The notes: generated by a model from the sequence alone, not told the origin. Counted from the first letter of the stretch, positions 54,458-63,021 are shown. The stretch is DNA of 64,000 bases from an uncultured virus (IMG/VR IMGVR_UViG_3300022745_000033) (IMGVR_UViG_3300022745_000033); one strand, 5' to 3'. Program-made: numbers and translations.

Positions 54458-54712
54458 ATCGAACTCCTTAATGAGATAACAGAGCGAACTTGCTCACACA
54501 ACTACCAAGACCCGAGCGCTTCAGCGCTCGGCTACACCGGTAGGGACTCCTACCCCCGAGCACAAACACGAACCCGAAGTGGGGGCTTCGTAAGCGCTAG
54601 GGGGAGGAGAGACTCACGAGTCGGTGTGGTTCTAAAAAATTTCTAAAAAATTTTCCTGCCCAGAAATTAAGCACCTCACCCTCCAATCCAAGTTCGATCT
54701 AAAATCGCGCCC

Positions 54713-55312
54713 ATGACTACCATGCGAAACACGGCGCAGATAAAACGTAAAGAGCGCACCAAAGCCTCTGACATCGCCAAACTGCGTAGCAAGGAAACCA
54801 CGACCATGGCCGCTGCGGCACGGGTCAGCCCAGACAAGCCCCTGACGGAGCAACAGCGCCTGTTTGTCCAGTTCTGGGCAGAAGGCGACTCCCTGCCAAA
54901 CGCCTACCAGCGTGCCGGCTACTCCACCGAGCAGGTCTCCTATGCGTACCGCATGACCAAGATGCCCAACATCCTGAAGCAGTACAACTTGGTGAAGGAA
55001 GAGTTCCGCAAGGCGGCTCAGATGACCCGCGAAGAGGTGATGCTGGGCCTCAAAGACGCCATTGACATGGCCAAGCTCATGTCTGAACCGGCCACCATGA
55101 TTGCTGGCTACCGTGAGATCGGTAAGCTGTGCGGCTACTACGAGCCGAAGAAAGTGGACATCAACGTGAATGTCAATGGAAGCGTCGCCATTGAGCGCAT
55201 GAACAAGATGACCGACGCGGAACTCCTCAAAATCATTGAAGAAGCGTCCCTAACCGGCGTGGATCAGGCCTTGATTGGCGTGGACCACGACGATGGCGAC
55301 GAAACCAACTGA
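54713..55312 (+). CDS. terS: terminase small subunit
   Basis: LTEQQRLFV..NAYQRAGYS HTH pattern, MTREEV and EIGKLCG motifs; upstream of TerL. Confidence 0.85.
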   Translation: MTTMRNTAQIKRKERTKASDIAKLRSKETTTMAAAARVSPDKPLTEQQRLFVQFWAEGDSLPNAYQRAGYSTEQVSYAYRMTKMPNILKQYNLVKEEFRKAAQMTREEVMLGLKDAIDMAKLMSEPATMIAGYREIGKLCGYYEPKKVDINVNVNGSVAIERMNKMTDAELLKIIEEASLTGVDQALIGVDHDDGDETN

Positions 55313-55712
55313 TCCCTCCCTGCGCGAGCAGCTCTTCGGCAACATCGGCCCTTACTGGTCGGCGCAAAATGCGGAGTTCGAAGCCTCGAACCCCTCGTTC
55401 GCCCAACGCGTCGGTCGCCAGTTGAACCCTATGACTGGGTTTGGTTCGAACCTGGGCCAGCTGCATGACGCACTGGGGCAAGGAAACTTCGGAGATGCCG
55501 CCGCAGCCGCCGCGCTGTCACTCCCGGGCTTCGCAGCCGTTCGCAGCGTAGCTACCCCCGCTGCCGGGGTGGTGAAGTCGGCAGTTCAGAGCCTGCCCTC
55601 ACTGCGCGGCACCCTCGCCCCCATGGTTGGAACCGCTATCGCGGGTGCTGCGTACGACGAGGCCAACGCCGAGCCGCTGCCCAAGCGCCCGACCATTACA
55701 GGACCCCGCTGA
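55293..55712 (+). CDS. hypothetical protein inserted between terS and terL
   Basis: 139 aa starting MATKP like TerL; stop overlaps TerL start. Confidence 0.6.
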   Translation: MATKPTDPSLREQLFGNIGPYWSAQNAEFEASNPSFAQRVGRQLNPMTGFGSNLGQLHDALGQGNFGDAAAAAALSLPGFAAVRSVATPAAGVVKSAVQSLPSLRGTLAPMVGTAIAGAAYDEANAEPLPKRPTITGPR

Positions 55713-57307
55713 TGGCGACGAAACCGCTTAAGGACCCCACCCCAAACCCTGTTCTGCTCAAAGCGCAGGCCGAACTGGCCCAGCGCGTGCTCTCCAAGCG
55801 TCTGCTGCTGCCGTTCGTGCAGCGCTTCAACCCGAAGTACAAGGACGGATGGGTTCATCGTGACATCTGCCGCCGCCTGGAACGATTCTCCAAGGACGTT
55901 GCGGCTGGGAAGTCGCCCCGGCTGATGCTTCTGATGCCTCCACGGCACGGGAAGAGCGAGCTGGTCTCCCGTAACTTCCCCGCATGGCACCTCGGCCAGC
56001 ACCCTGACCATGAATTCATTGCGTGTTCTTACAACGTGTCTCTGGCTATGGACTTTTCCCGCAAGGTCAAGCAGATCATTGCGGACCCGCTTTACGAGAA
56101 CATCTTTGACACCCGCTTGGACCCTAACAACCAGTCCACAGAGTCGTGGGGCGTGAAAGACAGCCGGGGTGGGTACGTCGCCGCAGGTATTGGCGGCGCC
56201 ATCACCGGTAAAGGTGCGCACTGTCTGGTGATTGACGACCCGATCAAGAACGCCGAAGAGGCTGACAGCGCGGACACGCGGGAGAAAATCTGGGAGTGGT
56301 ACCTCTCCACCGCCTACAGCCGCCTGGCCCCGGGCGGGGGCGTGCTGATCATCCAGACGTGGTGGCACGACGACGACTTGGCTGGGCGTCTCCAGACCAT
56401 GATGAAGGAGGGCAGCGACGACGAGTTCGTGGACAAGTTCGAGGTCATCAAGTACCCCGCCGTGGCGGAGGACGACGAATACCTGAACCAGAGCACGGAC
56501 CTGATTGAGTACGGCGAGCCCCCAGAGAACGACCCATACACCCTCTTGCGCCATAAAGGCGACGCCCTGCACCCTGATCGGTATGACCTCGACAAGCTCA
56601 TGCGGATCAAGGCCCAGAACAAAGGCGGCCGGTGGTGGAGCGCCCTGTACCAGCAGAACCCTGTGCCGGCTGACGGGTCGTACTTCACCAAGGACCAGTT
56701 CCGTCGCGGCCAGCCGCCGCACCTCCAGAAGTCGTACGTCTACATGGCGTGGGACTTCGCCATCAGCGAGAAAAAGCAGAGCGACTACACCGTGGGCACC
56801 GTGGGCTTGCAGGATGAGAACGACGTGCTGCACGTGGTCGACCAGCTGCGTTTTAAGAGTGGAAACGCGTTTTTCATCGTTGAGTCTATTCTGAATCTAG
56901 CTTCGAAATGGTATAGTCCGACCCTAGTAATCGGCTTCGAGGACGGTCAGATTTGGCGGGCAATCGAAGCTCTATTGAAGAAAAGAATGCGAGAGCGGAA
57001 GTTCTACCCCTCCATCGTGGTCCTGAAGCCCATCACCGACAAGATGGCCCGCGCCCGCCCACTGCAAGGGCGGATGCAGCAGGGGATGGTCAGCTTCAAC
57101 ACGAACGGGGAGTGGTTCGACTCGCTCAAGGCAGAGATGTTGCGATTTCCGGCTGGCGCTCACGATGACCAAGTGGACTCACTGGCCTGGATGACGCAGT
57201 TAGTGATAGGGCGCGAAGCGCCGCGTAAATCAGAGGCGAAACCCATGAAATCCTGGCGCGACAAGCTCAAGCTCTCCAACTCTACTGGCTCTGCGATGGC
57301 CGCGTAA
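55712..57307 (+). CDS. terL: terminase large subunit
   Basis: MPPRHGKS Walker A, VIDDP Walker B, WDFA..SDYT and FPAGAHDDQVD nuclease motifs. Confidence 0.95.
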   Translation: MATKPLKDPTPNPVLLKAQAELAQRVLSKRLLLPFVQRFNPKYKDGWVHRDICRRLERFSKDVAAGKSPRLMLLMPPRHGKSELVSRNFPAWHLGQHPDHEFIACSYNVSLAMDFSRKVKQIIADPLYENIFDTRLDPNNQSTESWGVKDSRGGYVAAGIGGAITGKGAHCLVIDDPIKNAEEADSADTREKIWEWYLSTAYSRLAPGGGVLIIQTWWHDDDLAGRLQTMMKEGSDDEFVDKFEVIKYPAVAEDDEYLNQSTDLIEYGEPPENDPYTLLRHKGDALHPDRYDLDKLMRIKAQNKGGRWWSALYQQNPVPADGSYFTKDQFRRGQPPHLQKSYVYMAWDFAISEKKQSDYTVGTVGLQDENDVLHVVDQLRFKSGNAFFIVESILNLASKWYSPTLVIGFEDGQIWRAIEALLKKRMRERKFYPSIVVLKPITDKMARARPLQGRMQQGMVSFNTNGEWFDSLKAEMLRFPAGAHDDQVDSLAWMTQLVIGREAPRKSEAKPMKSWRDKLKLSNSTGSAMAA

Positions 57308-57310
57308 CCT

Positions 57311-57676
57311 ATGGCCTACACCGACACCTGCCCCACCTTCATCGCTGAGTGTTTTGCCTTGCGTACGGCGATTCACTTTGCCCATCTATCGAGCAAGTCT
57401 TACGCCGAGCACATCGCTCTGGATGAGTTCTACACCAGCCTGCTCGAACTCACCGACAAGTACGCCGAGGTCTACATGGGGCTGACCAAGCAGGTCACGT
57501 CGTGGCCCACCGTCGAGCTGCCTGCAGGCACGCCGGTCGAGCTGCTGGAAGAGTTTTTGGAAGACATCACAGAAGAAGAGAGCGAGGACGCCGACAGTCA
57601 GTCGCTCCTGAACATCCTGGCCGAGATGGAAGGTTTGACAGCCTTGACCCTCTACAAGCTGCGGAATTTGAAGTGA
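57311..57676 (+). CDS. ferritin/Dps-like four-helix protein
   Basis: IHFAHL..SYAEHIALDEFY..TDKYAE metal-ligand pattern. Confidence 0.7.
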   Translation: MAYTDTCPTFIAECFALRTAIHFAHLSSKSYAEHIALDEFYTSLLELTDKYAEVYMGLTKQVTSWPTVELPAGTPVELLEEFLEDITEEESEDADSQSLLNILAEMEGLTALTLYKLRNLK

Positions 57677-57748
57677 TCTTTAACTTCCACCCCCAAAGGA
57701 TGAAGAGCGCATCGCTCGGACTTTGTGTTTACACAAGCCGAGCGCACC

Positions 57749-59905
57749 ATGCCAATCAACACCGAACTCGCTAAGAAGATCTGGACCCGTTACGCGTGGG
57801 CTCGTGACAACGGGCACGCCAAGTACGTCGAGAAGGCAGAGAAGTGCGACCGCTTCTTCATGGGCGACCAGTGGGACCCTACCGACCGCGCCCGTCTGGA
57901 ATTGGTGCGCCGCCCAGCGCTGACGATCAACAAAATCCTGCCCACGGTGTCCAACATCATGGGCGAACAGATTCAGGCTCGCGCCGAGACCAGCTTTCGC
58001 CCTCGTGCCGGAGCACCCAGTGAGACCGCCGACGTCCTGAACAAGGTCTACAGGCAGATCATGGACAACAACCAGATGGCCTGGAAGCGCTCGGACATGT
58101 TCGCTGACGGGATCATCACCAGCCGTGGCTTCCTGGACGTTCGTATCGACTACAACGACAGCATGGAGGGTGAGGTCGCCATTGACAACATGAACCCGAA
58201 GAATGTTGTCATCGACCCTGACGGTGAGGATTACGACCCGGACACATGGAGCGAGGTGTTCACCACGAAGTGGGTGACCGCCGACGATATCGCGGTGCTG
58301 TACAGCGAGGAGGATGCCAATTTGCTGCGCAACCGCGAGCAGAGCTACTTCCCCTACGGTTACGACTCCATACAGGCGTTCCGCGACCGCTTCGGCGACC
58401 GCTTCAACCCGATGTACACGGGCGACTACGACAACAGCAACGTGATGCGCAACATCCGCATCATCGACCGCCAGTACCGCATGCTGGATCGCCAGAAACA
58501 CTTCGTTTCTCAAGATGGTGACATGCGCCCCATCCCGCAGGAGTTCGACCGCAACCGGATTGCCACGTTCGTGGAGAAATTCGGCTTCAGTGTCACCACG
58601 AAGCTGGTGCGCCGCATCCGCTGGACAGTGATTGCAGACAACGTGCTGCTGCACGACGACTGGTCGCCCTACAAACACTACACCATCGTGCCGTTTTTCC
58701 CCCACTTTCGCCGGGGGAGCACCGTCGGCCTTGTGGAGAACCTCATCGGCTCCCAGGAGCTGCTCAACAAGGTCACCAGCCAAGAGCTGCACGTGGTGAA
58801 CACCACCGCGAACTCAGGCTACAAGGTCAAGGCCGGTGCCCTGAGCAACATGACAGTCGAGGAGCTGGAAGAGAAGGGCGCTCAGACCGGCATCGTGATC
58901 GAGGTGAACGGGGACCCGGACAAAGATGTCCAGAAAATTGCGCCGAATCAGGTACCCCAAGGACTGGATCGAATCTCCTACAAGGCGGAAGAGCACGTCA
59001 AGACCATCAGCGGAGTCTCAGACTCCATGCAGGGGATGGACCGTGCCGACGTTGCCGCTAAAGCCATCCAGCAAAAGCGTCAGGCGGGTTCTACGAATCT
59101 GGTCAAGCCGCTGGACAACCTGACCCGTACCGACTACATCCTGGCCCGCAACGTGCTGGACCTCGTGCAAGAGTTCTACACCGAGCAGCGGATCATGACG
59201 ATCACGCACGACCAGACTACCGGCGCCACCGAGCAGTTCACGATCAACCAGACCACGCCCACAGGCGAAGTGGTAAACGACCTGACCCTTGGTGAGTACG
59301 ACATCGTCATCACCTCCGTCCCGGCCCGCGAGAGCCTGGAAGACAGCCAGTTCGAGCAGGCCATCGCCATGCGCGAAGCCGGTATCCAGCTGCCTGACAG
59401 CGTGATGATCGACGCCAGCCGCCTGATGAACAAGAAAGACATCATCAAGCAGATGCAGGGCGACCAAGAAAGCCCCGAGGCACAGCAACAGAAGCAGCTT
59501 CAGATGCGTGCGCAAGCCGCAGAGGTATCCAAGGCTGAGGGTGAGGCGGCGCAAAAGCACGCCGACGCCGGTCTGAAGCAGGCGAAAACCCAGCAGACAG
59601 CCGTCGAGACCCAGATCGCCGCTCAGGGCGAGCCGGACGACGGCAGTGCGCAGGCCAAGATGGCCGAGGCACAAGTGAAGGCCGGGCAGGCTCAGCACGA
59701 CATGGACTTGAAAGAGCGCCAGTTCGAGCATGAGCGCCAGATGGACTTCATGGACATGGGACTGCGTCGTGAGCAGAGCCAGAGCGACATGGCCCTCAAG
59801 GCGCAGGACATGGCGGAGAAACGCGATATGCAGCGCGTGGAGCAAGCACGTATGGCAGCGGCAGCTGTCGAGCGCCCCACGGCGCAAACTGGAGCACCAA
59901 AATGA
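57749..59905 (+). CDS. portal protein (P22-like, long helical C-terminus)
   Basis: FFMGDQW..RPALTINKI N-terminal portal pattern; follows TerL; Gln-rich C-terminal barrel-like region. Confidence 0.88.
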   Translation: MPINTELAKKIWTRYAWARDNGHAKYVEKAEKCDRFFMGDQWDPTDRARLELVRRPALTINKILPTVSNIMGEQIQARAETSFRPRAGAPSETADVLNKVYRQIMDNNQMAWKRSDMFADGIITSRGFLDVRIDYNDSMEGEVAIDNMNPKNVVIDPDGEDYDPDTWSEVFTTKWVTADDIAVLYSEEDANLLRNREQSYFPYGYDSIQAFRDRFGDRFNPMYTGDYDNSNVMRNIRIIDRQYRMLDRQKHFVSQDGDMRPIPQEFDRNRIATFVEKFGFSVTTKLVRRIRWTVIADNVLLHDDWSPYKHYTIVPFFPHFRRGSTVGLVENLIGSQELLNKVTSQELHVVNTTANSGYKVKAGALSNMTVEELEEKGAQTGIVIEVNGDPDKDVQKIAPNQVPQGLDRISYKAEEHVKTISGVSDSMQGMDRADVAAKAIQQKRQAGSTNLVKPLDNLTRTDYILARNVLDLVQEFYTEQRIMTITHDQTTGATEQFTINQTTPTGEVVNDLTLGEYDIVITSVPARESLEDSQFEQAIAMREAGIQLPDSVMIDASRLMNKKDIIKQMQGDQESPEAQQQKQLQMRAQAAEVSKAEGEAAQKHADAGLKQAKTQQTAVETQIAAQGEPDDGSAQAKMAEAQVKAGQAQHDMDLKERQFEHERQMDFMDMGLRREQSQSDMALKAQDMAEKRDMQRVEQARMAAAAVERPTAQTGAPK

Positions 59906-60915
59906 GTATTCTCTTAAAGCACCTTCTCTCCCCCTACATGGCCCCGGCCGGTGATGCCGATGGCGGCGGCGGCATAACCGATCGCGGTGACGACTTTACC
60001 CCCACGGGTGATGACGCGCAGGATGACACTAGCGCAAAAAAGGACTCCGAACCCGCAGCGGACGCTGGCGATGACGACGACCTGGACCCTGAAGACCCTG
60101 ACGCAGAGGTCACCGACGAGGCCAAGGACGGCGACAAACCCAAGAAAAAAGACTCCCGCATCCCTTTGAGCCGCCACAAGGACATCCTGGCACGTGAGCG
60201 TGCGCAGCGTGAGGCCGCTGAGGAGCGTTTGGCCCAGTACGAGAAGGGTCAGAAGGTCGCCACGATCAACGACGACCTGACCAAGCTGGAGACAAACGTC
60301 CTGGCACTGGAGAAGGAGTACACGAAGCTCCTGGCCGACGGTGAGATCGACAAGGCGACCGACAAGATGCGCGAAATCCGCACTGTTGAGCGTCAGATCA
60401 ACGACGCCAAGACAGAGTACCGCACGCAGGTCGCCATTGCACAGGCGACCGAACAGGCTCGTTACGACGTCGCACTGGAGCGTATCGAAGAGGCGTACCC
60501 ATCTCTGAACCCAGACCACGACGAATTCGACAAGTCTCAGTTGGGCGAGGTCGTGGAGTGGAAGATTTTCTACGAGAAACAGCGCAACCTGACCCCCACG
60601 AAGGCGCTCCAAGCAGCTGTGAAGAAGGTCGTCGGCTCTGAGACCAAGGCACAGGCCAAGGCCACCACTGTGGCTCCGAAGGTGGACGCTGAAGAAGTGG
60701 CGAAGGACGTGGCCAAGGAGCGCAAAAAGGCCGCTGTGTCTAAAAACGTGGACGCCGCGAGCAAGACACCGGCCAGCACCGCGAAGGTGGGCATGGACAG
60801 CGACAAGGCCGGCGGCTCCCTGACCGCGAAGGACGTGATGAAGATGTCCCAGGACGACTTCCGCAAGTTGCCGGACGACGTGCTTGCACACATGCGCGGC
60901 GACACATTCGTTTAA
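59902..60915 (+). CDS. scaffolding protein
   Basis: Acidic N-terminus, RIPLSR, coiled coil, C-terminal MSQDDFRKLPDDVLAHMRGD; between portal and capsid genes. Confidence 0.8.
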   Translation: MSILLKHLLSPYMAPAGDADGGGGITDRGDDFTPTGDDAQDDTSAKKDSEPAADAGDDDDLDPEDPDAEVTDEAKDGDKPKKKDSRIPLSRHKDILARERAQREAAEERLAQYEKGQKVATINDDLTKLETNVLALEKEYTKLLADGEIDKATDKMREIRTVERQINDAKTEYRTQVAIAQATEQARYDVALERIEEAYPSLNPDHDEFDKSQLGEVVEWKIFYEKQRNLTPTKALQAAVKKVVGSETKAQAKATTVAPKVDAEEVAKDVAKERKKAAVSKNVDAASKTPASTAKVGMDSDKAGGSLTAKDVMKMSQDDFRKLPDDVLAHMRGDTFV

Positions 60916-60926
60916 GGAGTCACAAC

Positions 60927-61304
60927 ATGAACCACATCACATCACCCCGCACTGACGACGACGCCGTCGAGCAGGAAATCAAGGCCAAGGGCTTGGTCGC
61001 GCCCCGCGTCACGCCTGCTGACATCACTGCGAACATCATCGACGTGCTGTACTTCACAGCCTATGAGGCCTCTGTAGGTCAGGAACTCGCCCCCGCAGAT
61101 CGCCCCTACACGGCCAGTCAGGCGCACCGCCTCCTGACATTCTGTGTACTGACCCTGCGCAACGGCTTCATGGTGACCGGCGAGAGCGCCTGCGCATCGC
61201 CCGAAAACTTCGACGCCGAGATCGGCCGCAAGATCGCCCTTGAGAACGCCAAGCAGAAAGTCTGGCCTCTCATGGGCTACGCACTGAAGGAGAAGCTGGC
61301 ATGA
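60927..61304 (+). CDS. N4 Gp49/Sf6 gp66-like protein
   Basis: LTFCVLTLRNGFMVTGESACASPENFDAEIGRKIA..VWPLMGY signature. Confidence 0.8.
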   Translation: MNHITSPRTDDDAVEQEIKAKGLVAPRVTPADITANIIDVLYFTAYEASVGQELAPADRPYTASQAHRLLTFCVLTLRNGFMVTGESACASPENFDAEIGRKIALENAKQKVWPLMGYALKEKLA

Positions 61305-61660
61305 AATCCATGGCCCACTCCATCGCCCGCGTCTGCCACGAGGTGAACGCGGCCTACTGCGCTGCCATTGGCGACAAGTCCCAGCCTCTGTGGGAGGACG
61401 CACCCCAGTGGCAGAAGGACAGCGCCATCGCAGGCGTTGAACTGCACCTCTCCAACCCGAATCTCGGCGTCGACGCCAGCCACCAAGCGTGGTTGGAGCA
61501 CAAACGCGCTGACGGCTGGACCTACGGGCCGATCAAGGACCCAGTCAAGAAGGAGCATCCGTGTTTTGTGCCTTACGCCGACCTGCCGCAAGAGCAGAAG
61601 GTGAAGGACTTCCTGTTTCGCGGTGTCGTACACGCCATCGCACGCGAGATGGCACGCTGA
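61301..61660 (+). CDS. RyR-domain protein
   Basis: SHQAWLEHKRADGWTYGPIKDPVKKEHPCFVPYADLPQEQKVKD signature. Confidence 0.85.
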   Translation: MKSMAHSIARVCHEVNAAYCAAIGDKSQPLWEDAPQWQKDSAIAGVELHLSNPNLGVDASHQAWLEHKRADGWTYGPIKDPVKKEHPCFVPYADLPQEQKVKDFLFRGVVHAIAREMAR

Positions 61661-61702
61661 GAGCCATGTAGTTGTCTCCCTGCATGGTGTGCCATGTTTG
61701 AA

Positions 61703-61735
61703 ACCCGGCCGCTCACGAGGTGGCCGGGTCTTTTT
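61703..61735 (+). terminator. intrinsic terminator
   Basis: ACCCGGCCGC...GTGGCCGGGT-CTTTTT. Confidence 0.8.
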
Positions 61736-61888
61736 ACATCTAAACTCTAAAATAGATTACACTCCGATCTATTCGATTTAGGCAGGTTCTCGATAGCAAC
61801 CTCCACCCTCGTTGGTCGAGACGACACATCGGCAAGAAGCAGCGGAAACGCAATTTTTGTTTGATCTCATCTCTAAAGGAGAGCCACT

Positions 61889-63007
61889 ATGGCTTTAACT
61901 AATTTTGGCTTGCTGACAAGCGAGCAAAAGACCGTCTGGTCTATGGACCTGTGGAAGCAGGCACGAAACATGTCTTTCGTGAACAAGTTCCTGGGCAAAG
62001 GCCCGAACTCCATGGTTCAGCACATCACTGAGCTGAAGAAGACCGAGAAGGGCGCACGCGCCGTGATCACCCTGCTGGCCGATCTGACCGGTGACGGTGT
62101 GGCCGGTGACCGTACGCTGGAAGGCAACGAAGAAGGCATGCAAACCTTCGACCAAGTGATTCGCATCGACCAACTGCGTCATGCGAACCGTCACGAAGGT
62201 CGTATGGCCGACCAGAAGTCTGTCGTTGAGTTCCGGGGCAACAGCCGCGACGTTCTGGCCTACTGGCTGGCTGACCGTATCGACCAGATGGCGTTCCTGA
62301 CGCTGGCTGGCCGTAGCTACGCCTACAAGAACAACGGCGCTGCCCGCGTCGGTTCTGACCTCCAGTTCCTGGAATTCGCTGCTGATGTGACCGCCCCCTC
62401 CAATGCACGTCGTCTGCGCTGGGATGGCACTTCCGCCACCAAGACGCTGGTTGCTTCCGCTGCTTCCTCTGGCGTGGCCGCTACGGACACCCCCTCCTGG
62501 AACATGTTTGTCCAACTCAAGGCATACGCCAAAGACCGCTACATCCGTGGCGTGACTGGCGAGGGCGGTGAGGAGACCTACCACGCGTTCCTGACGCCCC
62601 AGGCCATGGCGAAGCTGAAGATGGACCCTGATTACATGGCCAACTTGCGTTACAGCCAGTCGTCCAGTGTGAACGACAACCTCTTCAGTGGCTCCACCGT
62701 GAAGATCGACGGTATCTACCTGCACGAGTTCCGCCACGTACCCAACACCACTGGCGCTGCCTCTGGTTCCAAGTACGGTTCGGGTGGCACCGTCGATGGA
62801 TGCCAAGTGTTGTTCTGCGGTGCCCAGGCGCTGGGTATGGCCGATATCGGTGCCCCTGAGTGGAACGAAAAGGGCTTCGACTACGACAACCAGCAGGGTA
62901 TCTCTGTTGGCAAGATCGCCGGTTTCCTGAAGCCCAAGTTCGGAAACATCTACGAGAACGGTGCCGTCGAGGACTTCGGCGTGCTGTCTTGCTACGTCGC
63001 TCAATAA
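61889..63007 (+). CDS. major capsid protein (N4-gp56/DUF4043-like)
   Basis: 372 aa, AAAGGAG RBS, GDRTLEGNEE..IRIDQLRHA pattern, biased codon usage, follows scaffold. Confidence 0.9.
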   Translation: MALTNFGLLTSEQKTVWSMDLWKQARNMSFVNKFLGKGPNSMVQHITELKKTEKGARAVITLLADLTGDGVAGDRTLEGNEEGMQTFDQVIRIDQLRHANRHEGRMADQKSVVEFRGNSRDVLAYWLADRIDQMAFLTLAGRSYAYKNNGAARVGSDLQFLEFAADVTAPSNARRLRWDGTSATKTLVASAASSGVAATDTPSWNMFVQLKAYAKDRYIRGVTGEGGEETYHAFLTPQAMAKLKMDPDYMANLRYSQSSSVNDNLFSGSTVKIDGIYLHEFRHVPNTTGAASGSKYGSGGTVDGCQVLFCGAQALGMADIGAPEWNEKGFDYDNQQGISVGKIAGFLKPKFGNIYENGAVEDFGVLSCYVAQ

Positions 63008-63021
63008 GGAGGTAACACACC

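Larger units (their letters stand above)
52297..54531 (-). repeat. six dispersed hairpin repeats preceding early genes
   Basis: Hairpins at 52313-52332, 52621-52640, 52912-52931, 53777-53796, 54149-54168, 54512-54531; minus-strand consensus CCGAGCGC-N4-GCGCTCGG-GCCTTTTT-GGCGTGTG. Confidence 0.9.

Noticed and set aside
52297..54531. CRISPR array or integron attC array
   Set aside because: Spacers are 290-865 bp and contain genes with RBSs; no cas operon; hairpins lack attC R-box/extrahelical features; the integrase has its own tRNA attP
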